Assembly: GCA_963727895.1 (NCBI GenBank)
Contig: CAVSHT010000012.1
Coordinates: 385,255 to 449,254, forward strand
Direction of reading: 5' to 3'
From: an uncultured Methanosarcinaceae archaeon
GTDB taxonomy: Archaea > Halobacteriota > Methanosarcinia > Methanosarcinales > Methanosarcinaceae
DNA: 64,000 nucleotides
Of this stretch, positions 55,236 through 64,000 are shown in pieces. Numbering within the stretch: the stretch's first letter is position 1; each line of letters starts with the position of its first letter. The translations under genes were made by a program, and so were the position numbers. Below the pieces are notes generated by a model. The model saw only the letters and a program-made list of their open reading frames with translations. It had not been told where the DNA came from and did no database searches.

Positions 55236-57173
55236 TTATTTTCGGGCAGTTTTTCCGTCCTTCATATAAGCAAGTACTTCTTCATTATCATATACACGAG
55301 AATAATTAGAGGTCTCAAATCTGCTAAAGAATGATTCTGGCAACGTTTGGATGAAGTTCACTCCATAATGTTCAGGGTCATTAATCGAGACAGGTTCTTT
55401 CAAGGTGGACTTTCTTAATAAAATCATCGAATTGTTGTCAATCTCTCCAGTTCGTATATGCTGGATGTTAAAATGAGTTGCGTTACTAGAATCATATTTA
55501 GTATCTCTATAAAAAAGACAACTGTCATAGGGAGAATCCATCAGGATCTTTCCGGAATACTTAGCGGTTATTGTTTTAATAGCATCAATTTCGATTTCCT
55601 TGAACTGATTTCTAACGGTTGTATCTTTTGCCACAAGTGGGTTGTCTTTATTTATACCCGGTGTTGTAACCATTACAAATGAAAACAGTAAAACAATTAT
55701 GAAGATTGTAGAAATCTTTGCTTTTTTTGAACTAAAGAGGTTTACTAATTTTATCATATATGAAGCAGCTACAAGAACCAGAAATACTGCTATCAGCGGA
55801 AACCACCGGCTTGTCAGGAAATTCCTTATTCCAAGTAAAGGAATCCCATAAGCAAGACTATACAAAATTGCAACAACAAAGGCAATAGAAAATTTATTGA
55901 TTTTTTTAATGTCTTCACGAGAAGACCAGAATAATACTCCTCCTATTGCGAAAAAAGGTAGAGCAAGGTAGCTTATGTGAAGTAAAAGTGTTTCTAAAGT
56001 TTCTTGATTATTTCCAGAACCTAAAATAAGTTCAGTGCTTGAGTAACTGGATCCTACCTTAATTACGTCCATTAGAGGACTTAGAACCATTTCAAGAAAG
56101 GAAGTTTCCTGATTGACATACGTAAACATCCAGTATGTTTGTAAGCTAATAATAAAAAATATAATATAATTGAAACTATTAATTTTGAGAGAGGAACTTT
56201 TATAGATATGGTTATGCAGATATTTGCCTGCATAAACTGAGATTAAAGAAAGAAATACTACAAAAGTGGTCAACTGATGAGTCAGAACCATAAGAATAGT
56301 AATTAGCAGGATAAATCCTGTATACCTCAAGCCCTGTTTCTCGCTAAAAATCGCATATATAAGAAATATGAAGTAGCAGAGAACAAGAGAACCAGGAGTT
56401 ATATTTGTAATACCTGCAACGATGTTATGATTATTTAAGTTTATCAGTAAAGTCGCAAGCAAACCCATCTGAGGGCCTTCAAGCTTTTTTCCTATAAGAT
56501 AAATGCCTACCGTACTGAATATACTGGCAAAACCTATGGAATAAAAGACTGCGTCTTTAATATCGGTTTTGCCCATTATCTGAGTAATTGATATAAAAAT
56601 ATGGAATAGTGGATAATAGAAATACTTGCTACTTATTCCAATCGGAGCAACAAAACCTGTATCAGTAATTTCACGTGCCATATTGATATGAAAATAAGCA
56701 TCGTAGCCCATTAAGCTCGGAAAGTTATAAAAAATTCCGGCTCTTATGAGAAGTGATAGCAAAAATATCTGCATTAATAAAGATGTTACCCCGTCTCCCT
56801 CTCTAATATAAAGAATTTGAGAAGCAATAATGGCAGCAAGAACACATATCAATATAAAATAAGATATAGGCCTGTAGTATAGATTCATATTGTCAATCAG
56901 GACACATATTAAGAAAATGAAATAAAATGAGACACCCAATATTTGTTTAAATACATTTTTTTGAGATGATAGAGGGATCTCACTTTTAAATTTGTTCCTG
57001 AAAATAAAATAGATAAGACAGGAAGACAGAATAGCAATTCCAATATCTGTCTGGTTTAAATTAATAATATAATATAAGGAAATAATCAATAACCCTAAGC
57101 TAAAGCCCATGACGCTGAGAATGATATCAACATTTTGTGTAAACATCTCCGCGTACCCTTTTGCAATTTCCAT
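55236..57173 (-). CDS. Polytopic membrane protein, GT-C-like (candidate glycan polymerase/transferase)
   Basis: GYDAYFH loop motif, YYPLFHIF, LTHQLT, soluble C-terminal domain ending RVYDNEEVLAY. Confidence 0.65.
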   Translation of the reverse strand: MEIAKGYAEMFTQNVDIILSVMGFSLGLLIISLYYIINLNQTDIGIAILSSCLIYFIFRNKFKSEIPLSSQKNVFKQILGVSFYFIFLICVLIDNMNLYYRPISYFILICVLAAIIASQILYIREGDGVTSLLMQIFLLSLLIRAGIFYNFPSLMGYDAYFHINMAREITDTGFVAPIGISSKYFYYPLFHIFISITQIMGKTDIKDAVFYSIGFASIFSTVGIYLIGKKLEGPQMGLLATLLINLNNHNIVAGITNITPGSLVLCYFIFLIYAIFSEKQGLRYTGFILLITILMVLTHQLTTFVVFLSLISVYAGKYLHNHIYKSSSLKINSFNYIIFFIISLQTYWMFTYVNQETSFLEMVLSPLMDVIKVGSSYSSTELILGSGNNQETLETLLLHISYLALPFFAIGGVLFWSSREDIKKINKFSIAFVVAILYSLAYGIPLLGIRNFLTSRWFPLIAVFLVLVAASYMIKLVNLFSSKKAKISTIFIIVLLFSFVMVTTPGINKDNPLVAKDTTVRNQFKEIEIDAIKTITAKYSGKILMDSPYDSCLFYRDTKYDSSNATHFNIQHIRTGEIDNNSMILLRKSTLKEPVSINDPEHYGVNFIQTLPESFFSRFETSNYSRVYDNEEVLAYMKDGKTARK

Positions 57174-57977
57174 ATAACCCCAAAAACCAATATTTGTTAG
57201 TAAGTAATCCGTTATAAGCTAAATATTTTTTGCTTGTCATCCCCAATGACTTATTATTGATCACTTCATTCATCTCTTTACTCTTTCACGCATCAACTTA
57301 TTGCGATTTTCAAGATTAATTTTGTCATATGAATTTCCTAACTAACTTTGTCACAGGTGCCCTATCAAACTGCGCTTTCTAACAGATCGATGATACACTC
57401 AGATTTATCTCAGAAAGGAAATTCTATGATTTTTACTACATTAACGGTAACAAATTCCTCAGAAATATTTGTATTCTTTTCCTTTATAGTTAGCATCATA
57501 CAAATATAATTATATTATAAGGTTGTCTTTTTTAATTTATAAAGATTATTAGAAATTACACACCAGATTATTATTAAATTTTTTACATAGTTTTTTATAT
57601 TTATCATAATATTTTTACTAAACTATTCATAATTATACACAGAATTAAACATTTTTTAAAATATATTTATTTTATTCACTACATCAATCCAGCTGTTTCT
57701 GTATATAGTTGAATGTCTTATCCATTAAACCGGATTTTTATGCTAAAGGTATAAGGAAGCTTTATTAAATTATAGTAGTTTTTCATTTTGTTTACAAATA
57801 CTTATGTAAAAATATTCGTTTTATATTTATATTTTTTATATAAATAGTTAGTTTAGGTGTTAACCTTAAATAGATCTTAGTCTTATAATTTTTAGGATGA
57901 TATCCTTTAATATTTTTGTATTTATACACATAAAGGGGGTTATAGCACATGCATATGTATAAGGGGGTGGATGGAGT

Positions 57978-59573
57978 TTGTTTTCAGCCCTTACTCTTAG
58001 TCTTAATTCTTTAATCTCTAATCCTATTAGCATAGTATCTTCGCCATCTCAACTCACCGATAGGCTACTCAGGCATGAATTTACAGTTTTAATTCCAGCT
58101 CAAAATGAAGAGACTTCCATTGGGAGCAAAGTCCTGATTGCGGCAAGTTATACCGATCGTGTACTCGTTCTTGATAAAGGTTCTACTGATAGAACTATGG
58201 AAGTAGCTGCTCTGGGAGGAGCACGGGTTATCCCTGTTCCAGATGGAGAGGAGGCATTACTCAAGGTCCTTTACAAGGCGTCTCTAGATTCCGAACTTGT
58301 TGTTCTCATCTATCCAGAGTGCATGCAGGATATCGATCTTTTATCTCATGTTCTTGAGCCACTAAGACAAGGATTCGACTTATCAGTAGGCACATGGCCC
58401 TGCCGCATTTCTTATGAACAGGAAACAGTAATGCTCTTTAATGGGAAAAATACCTTTAAAGAAAAAATAGGCTTTCTTGCGATAACATCAGATTCACTGC
58501 AAAAAATCAGTTCAGGAAGAGAACACTTGTCTTTAAAGTCCTTGCTTTCCGCGGCAAAAACGAAAGGACTCAAAGTTAATTACCTTAGTTTTGATGTGGA
58601 TCCCATATTCCGGAAACTTGAAAGTACCCGTATAGGAATTGTTGTGCCTGCTTATAATGAAGAATTACTTATAAGTGAAACTTTAGGTGGAATCCCCGAT
58701 TATGTAGACAGAATTTATGTAATCGATGACGCAAGTACCGATCGTACAAGTGAAATCGTGAAAAATTTAGGAGATTCACGAATAGTGTACTTCCGTCATG
58801 AAGTAAACAAAGGAGTAGGTGCAGGAATAATTGATGGGTATAAACTTGCCCTGAAAGACGAGATGGACATCGTCGCGGTTATGGCAGGAGATAATCAAAT
58901 GGACCCTGTTCAGCTTCCCAGATTGATTTTTCCAATCATTGAAGGAAAAGCTGATTATACAAAAGGAAATCGACTTCTAACTGACGATTTTAGGACTGGA
59001 ATGAGTAAATGGAGATCTCTTGGAAATATTCTTCTCAGCTTTATCACAAAAATAGGTAGTGGTTATTGGCAGATTATGGATCCTCAAAATGGATATACAG
59101 CTATTTCCAGACAAGCCCTTGAAGTTATTGATCTTGATTCGGTCTATCCTTATTATGGCTACTGTAACGATCTATTGATCAAGCTTAATGCTTTTGGCAT
59201 GAGAGTAATGGATGTGGTAATGCCTGCTAGATACGGTAACGAAAAATCGAAAATTCGATACGGCAAGTTTATTCGCAAAGTAGCTCCTATGATTTTTAGG
59301 GGTTTTCTCTGGAGACTAAGAGTTAAATATACTGTACTGGATTTCCACCCACTGGTGCTCTTCTATTTCCTTGGAATGATCGCCTTGCCTTTGGGTTTTC
59401 TTTTAGGGGGATGGGGGTTTTTACAGATATTGTTACAAAATTCTTTACCTTCTTACTACCCTCTACTTTGCTTCCTGATACTGGGGACAGGATTTCAAAT
59501 GCTTCTTTTCGGTATGCTTTTTGATATGCAGGTAGAGAAAAAAAGGAATGAAAGAGTAGGACTTGCTCGTTAA
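57978..59573 (+). CDS. Tandem GT2 protein: degenerate N-terminal GT-A domain plus DPM1-like domain and two C-terminal TM helices
   Basis: First IPAQNEE/LDKGSTD lacks a clear DxD; second VPAYNEE/IDDASTD/NKGVG/AGDNQMDP/DPQNGY. Confidence 0.85.
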   Translation: MFSALTLSLNSLISNPISIVSSPSQLTDRLLRHEFTVLIPAQNEETSIGSKVLIAASYTDRVLVLDKGSTDRTMEVAALGGARVIPVPDGEEALLKVLYKASLDSELVVLIYPECMQDIDLLSHVLEPLRQGFDLSVGTWPCRISYEQETVMLFNGKNTFKEKIGFLAITSDSLQKISSGREHLSLKSLLSAAKTKGLKVNYLSFDVDPIFRKLESTRIGIVVPAYNEELLISETLGGIPDYVDRIYVIDDASTDRTSEIVKNLGDSRIVYFRHEVNKGVGAGIIDGYKLALKDEMDIVAVMAGDNQMDPVQLPRLIFPIIEGKADYTKGNRLLTDDFRTGMSKWRSLGNILLSFITKIGSGYWQIMDPQNGYTAISRQALEVIDLDSVYPYYGYCNDLLIKLNAFGMRVMDVVMPARYGNEKSKIRYGKFIRKVAPMIFRGFLWRLRVKYTVLDFHPLVLFYFLGMIALPLGFLLGGWGFLQILLQNSLPSYYPLLCFLILGTGFQMLLFGMLFDMQVEKKRNERVGLAR

Positions 59574-59688
59574 GGTTTGGAAAAATAATCTTTAGAATTT
59601 TTTAATTGATTTATTCTTTTTTGTTTTTCCAGTTGGAACTATAAAAAGTAATAAGAAGGGATAAGACAATTAAAAATTTTCCATTTCA

Positions 59689-61173
59689 TTAGACTATAAT
59701 GTAAAGTTTCATAATAATCTTATAATAATTTTCAAAAACTCTAAATGAGTTTTTAAGGAGTGATTCAAAGCTTTCTTCTTTTTTGGTCTGAATTTTATCA
59801 TCTATCTCAGAAGCTGTCTGTGGTCCAGCAGACAGAGCTTCATTCCAGGGGAAACTCTTTCCCAAAGACTCATTGCTGCTCAACTTTTCCGCAAGTTCGG
59901 AGTCAGCTTCTATATCTGAAGTTGAATTTGCACCCAGATAATTTCCGCCGGCATTGTTGTAAAGACAATTATTTTCCAAGATAAAGGAATGGGTATTATT
60001 CAGCTTGTTATACACAGCATATCCTTTTCCAGCTGCAGGACTGGACTGCGTATTAATTATTATATTATTTTTCACGATAGTTGTATATCCTGATCCTGGA
60101 GCTAAAAATTCGTCAGTAACCTGCTTGCTGGCAATAGCGGCACCATAGCACCCGTCGAATTTGTTGTTCTCTATCAAGGTATTTTGGAAACCATTGAGCA
60201 CTATGCCTCCTGCCCAGTCTGCGCCAAGGTTAATACCCGTTTTATAGAATTTATTATGATGAATGTAGATATCTTTTGCAGAATCTTTAGAATAGTTGGA
60301 CCCATACCCCGTAATCCAGATACCTGCTGTATTAGTCTCATACAACAGGTTATTGCAAATTTCGATATCATTCATCACAGTTGAAGGGCCAATTTTCTGG
60401 ATTTCAATTCCTGCCCCCCCTTCTCCTTCTGAGTTAATGATATTATTGTAGAATTTTACGTGATTTGTATTGTAAATCCTCAATCCACTATTTGTTCTGC
60501 ACGTTATTTTATTATTCCAAACTTCTACGTTCGATGAGTATATGGCATAGAGAACATCGTGTCCTAACTTATAAACTCGGTTATTGTAAAAATTAACATC
60601 TGAACATTTTACGACTTTAAGCCCATCCCCATGGCTGTCGTGCATATACATGTCGTGAACCTGTATATTTTCGCAATTAAGAAAGTTAATCAGGTTATAA
60701 TATCCCTTTCCTTTACTCAGTTCCTCGTTGTTTTCATGATTTCCATTAATCTCAAATCCCCTTATGATAATATCATGATTTCCGGTGCTGTTAATTTGTG
60801 TAATTATAGGTTTATCTATTGACCATCCTGCTTTATCTTTAAGTTTGATTATGGTTGTTTGATCCCCCTCAAGAACAGTGTTACTTCCAATAAAAATACT
60901 ATCCGAAATATTGTATGTATTGGGTCCCTCCAGATAAACAGTTGTGAACTGAGGGTTTTCCGCAACATATGCAAGAGCTTTGTTTATTTCTACCTGGTCA
61001 TTATGCCCATCACAATTAAAATCTCCACTTCCATTGGTAGCAATGTAAACTACCTTGTTGGATGACATCGATAGAATCAGGATTATACTAACTATTAGAA
61101 AAATAAAAATTATACTAAGAAGTAATAACTTTTTTCTGTTTCCCAACTTATAGATTTGCTTTTCTTCACCCAT
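59689..61173 (-). CDS. Membrane-anchored disaggregatase-related beta-helix protein
   Basis: N-terminal TM anchor; GSGDFNCDG.NDQVEINKAL, HDSHGDGL, CRTNSGLRI shared with the other three paralogs. Confidence 0.8.
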   Translation of the reverse strand: MGEEKQIYKLGNRKKLLLLSIIFIFLIVSIILILSMSSNKVVYIATNGSGDFNCDGHNDQVEINKALAYVAENPQFTTVYLEGPNTYNISDSIFIGSNTVLEGDQTTIIKLKDKAGWSIDKPIITQINSTGNHDIIIRGFEINGNHENNEELSKGKGYYNLINFLNCENIQVHDMYMHDSHGDGLKVVKCSDVNFYNNRVYKLGHDVLYAIYSSNVEVWNNKITCRTNSGLRIYNTNHVKFYNNIINSEGEGGAGIEIQKIGPSTVMNDIEICNNLLYETNTAGIWITGYGSNYSKDSAKDIYIHHNKFYKTGINLGADWAGGIVLNGFQNTLIENNKFDGCYGAAIASKQVTDEFLAPGSGYTTIVKNNIIINTQSSPAAGKGYAVYNKLNNTHSFILENNCLYNNAGGNYLGANSTSDIEADSELAEKLSSNESLGKSFPWNEALSAGPQTASEIDDKIQTKKEESFESLLKNSFRVFENYYKIIMKLYIIV

Positions 61174-61718
61174 TTAAATCCCCAATACATTAAACTATAA
61201 TTTTTTTAAGATTTAAAAAAGTTATCTATTTCAGGCTACAAATAAAGAGGCAAATTCAGATATGAGTCACTTTGTTAAATATAATACTTTATAATTAAAG
61301 GAGTAATCTTCTGCTTTTTGTATTACAACACTTAGAGTATTCATCCACAAAACAATTTAAAGATTGGTTATTAGCAATAGATTTGTTCTGAAAGCACAAC
61401 AAACCATCAAAAATTTTACTGTTGCCGAATATATTAATTTTTGGATATTAAACTTTATAGCGAACTTATCTAACTCCCAAGAAGTTTAATTAAATAAGCA
61501 AAATATAGCCCGACTATTTAGTTCAGGTTATTTGGGAGAATTTATTTTAGAAAATATTTACAGCCCAAAAAATGATCATTAATAAGCACCTATGATAATA
61601 GATACTTTTCCACATATCATATGATGTTGTCCTCCGTAATTACAAGTAAATATAAGAAGTTTTATTCGATTTAGGCTGTTGAAACATCAATTTTTTAGGT
61701 TTAAAATAAGAAATAAAT

Positions 61719-62458
61719 GGCATCGGTACTTAAATATAGTTCTATACTATTAGAAAGTATATTTCTTCATGAACTACCCCAGATGCAATAGTTCTAATCA
61801 CAAAAATAATGGTATAGTTGGCGGGCGTCAACGGTACAAATGCTCTAATTGTGGCTATAACTATACAGTAGAGCTAAAATCAACTGCTTTTTCCGCTTCT
61901 GTAAAAAGACAGGCTTTACAACTCTATCTTGAAGGATTGGGCTTTCGCTCAATAGGAAGAGTTTTAGGGGTAAGTCACGTTTCTGTCCAAAAATGGATAA
62001 AGAAATTTGATCAGGAGTTAGAGAACCTAAAAAGTGAAAGTGAGATGTCTATTGTTGAAATGGATGAAATGCACACTTACATCGGTAACAAAAAAAATAT
62101 TGCTGGATCTGGATTGCTGTTGATAGAGTTGGGAAAAAGTTCATCAACTGCTCTTTTGGTAGCAGAGGAACGGAAACTGGAAAACTACTCTGGGAAAAAT
62201 TGAAGAAAAAAGAGATTGGAAAAGTGATGACAGATCACTGGAGAGCATATGCAGAGTTTCTTCCAGAAAAGAGTCATACTCAATCAAAAGCAGAAACATT
62301 TACAGTTGAGGGATATAACAGCATATTGAGGCACTTTCTGGCAAGATTGAGAAGAAAGACAAAGTGTTATACGAAGAGTCTTGAAATGCTAAAGTACTCG
62401 GTTATTCTATTGATGAAATACAGAAATAAAGAACTATATATAGTTAAGTAACAATGCC
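61719..62458 (+). mobile_element. IS1-family element copy 4
   Basis: Ends GGCATCGGTACTTAA / TTAAGTAACAATGCC; orfA 61769..62203 (first Zn-ribbon Cys changed to Tyr), A8 frameshift site, orfB to 62451. Confidence 0.92.
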
Positions 62459-62666
62459 CTGTAAGAGTTCTCTAATTTATAAAATATATCTCAAGTATAT
62501 ACTATTTAGATACCCATAGACTGAGTGTCCATTTAGGGTTCAGTATTCCAATAAATGTCTTTGGCCCAAGTGTCAATGCCGGTTTACTTTTCCCCATTTT
62601 GGCCGGATTAATTTTCCCCACCTTGTGATATAAAGTTTACTCAATTTTTCATGAACTTGTTAAAAA

Positions 62667-63440
62667 TTACTGGTATAGATTTCCTGTTTTTATACCCTGT
62701 TTCTTCCTTTCTTTCAGCCTGTAACTTTCCCCTTTGATATTAATCGTCGTAGAATGATGGAGAAGCCTATCAAGTACACCAGCCGCTATTACATGGTCCT
62801 TGAATATCTCTCCCCATTCTCCATATGACTTATTCGATGTTAAGATCGTTGAATTCATTTCATAACGTCTTGAGATCAGCTGAAATAAACAGTGAGTTCC
62901 TTCTTCGTCAAATGGAAGATATCCTATTTCATCAATAATCAGCACTTTATACTTCATCAAGTCCCTGAGTTTCTTTTCAAGCATTCCTTCTTAATTTGCT
63001 TTTTTCAACCTTTCAATAAGGTTTCCTATATTGGTAAAGTAAACCGAAATCCCTGACTTTACTGCTTCGATTCCAAGAGCAATTGCAAGGTGAGATTTTC
63101 CAACACCTGGTGGACCAAGGAAAACAACATTCTCTGAATTATGAACAAATCTCAAGGTTGCAAGGTCTTCGATTATCTTCTTATCAATGGATTTCTGAAA
63201 TTCAAAATCGAATTCCTCAAGAGTTTTTTTAACAGGAAAAACTGCACTTTTCATCCTTCTCTCAATTGCAACAGCTTCTCTGTGTTTCTTTTCCTGTTCA
63301 AATAGATAATCAAGAACTTCCATTGTTGTCTTGTTGTCCCTTACAGCAATTTCAAGAAAGTTGTCAAGGAGCTCTTCAACAGTATTCAGTTTCAGGTATT
63401 GCAGATTGTTGTGAAGCCTCTCATAGGTGAAGTTGTTCAT
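62667..63440 (-). pseudogene. istB: IstB ATPase with in-frame TAA
   Basis: GPPGVGKSHLA, IIDEIGYL, LTSNK, DRLLHH, GESYR; TAA at 62991-62993 in frame with the downstream piece. Confidence 0.9.
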
Positions 63441-64000
63441 TCAAAACCTCCCTGGCTAAATATTTCATAGACATCAAGAGACCTTTTTTCAACTTCAGGA
63501 CCTGAGAATTTCAACGGAATCTGTGAATTTTTCTTGCATTTTGAGTTCTCTTTAAGAATCTCACTCAGTAAACCCTGGAAATGTTCCTTTTTCCTTGAAA
63601 CTCTGCAGTTACCTGGGAGAATTGCATGTTCACAGATCTTTTCATAATCAACATAGATCTCTAATTTTCCTTCAAAAATATGAAGCTCTGCAGTTCTTCC
63701 TGCATACCTGTAAGGAACAGAATACTTATTTCCAAGGAATGGAATATAACAGTCTCTGGAGACCTTTCTGGTCTCCTTCTGAACAACTTTGTAAGGAGGA
63801 ACCTGACCCAGAGGGTTCAGGTCCTCCTCCTTAAAACGTTCAAGAGGAATTTGATAGGTTGTTCCATGGACAGTTGAGTTTACCCTTTCTAACCAACTGT
63901 TAACTTGGTCGTTCAGTTCTTCAAAAGAGGTAAACCTTCTTCCAAGGAAGAAATCCCTTTTGACGTAACCTACTTTATTTTCAATTTTACCTTTTGTTTG
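63437..64000 (-). CDS. istA: IstA transposase, C-terminal part (partial)
   Basis: Open frame from the edge: QTKGKIENKVGYVKRDF...VHGTT..IP.ERF...RKVSRDC...NKYSVP...RSLDVYE*. Confidence 0.88.
   Translation of the reverse strand, partial: QTKGKIENKVGYVKRDFFLGRRFTSFEELNDQVNSWLERVNSTVHGTTYQIPLERFKEEDLNPLGQVPPYKVVQKETRKVSRDCYIPFLGNKYSVPYRYAGRTAELHIFEGKLEIYVDYEKICEHAILPGNCRVSRKKEHFQGLLSEILKENSKCKKNSQIPLKFSGPEVEKRSLDVYEIFSQGGFE

Larger units (their letters stand above)
62571..64000 (-). mobile_element. IS21-family element, truncated by the window edge
   Basis: Terminus TGTCAATGCCGG with repeated TTTTCCCCA subterminal motifs; istA-istB with ATGA overlap. Confidence 0.9.

Noticed and set aside
63595..63877. 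Plus-strand short ORFs at the right edge, and similar short antisense ORFs throughout the track
   Set aside because: They overlap well-supported genes on the opposite strand or frame (here istA) and carry no motifs

Overview
AT-rich archaeal chromosome segment, most consistent with Methanosarcina (DNRLRE/disaggregatase-related proteins, archaeal IS1/IS21 elements; the genus call is inference). The left ~10 kb holds the edge of an integrated element (tyrosine integrase with a stop codon at its catalytic Arg), a PUA/PAPS-reductase-family gene, dinB, a secreted protein with 10-aa tandem repeats, and a decaying operon of two nicotianamine-synthase-like genes plus a methyltransferase. From ~10.4 to ~61.2 kb lies a ~50 kb cell-surface glycan/exopolysaccharide locus. 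It contains GT2/GT4 transferases, two flippases, two GT-C-like polytopic proteins, a WbpABDE-like diacetamido-uronic-acid pathway, ugd/galU, two polysaccharide deacetylases, DUF354, a GNAT/FemAB-like protein, four disaggregatase-related beta-helix genes, and a DUF1616 + CPBP protease pair with two small paralogous membrane proteins, one of which the ORF track misses. Mobile DNA includes four IS1-family copies, an IS21 element at the right edge, a 144-bp MITE with perfect TIRs and a target duplication, and two REP/IS200-end-like hairpins. Many genes are pseudogenised. No CRISPR array, rRNA or tRNA was seen. All family calls come from motif recognition, not database searches.
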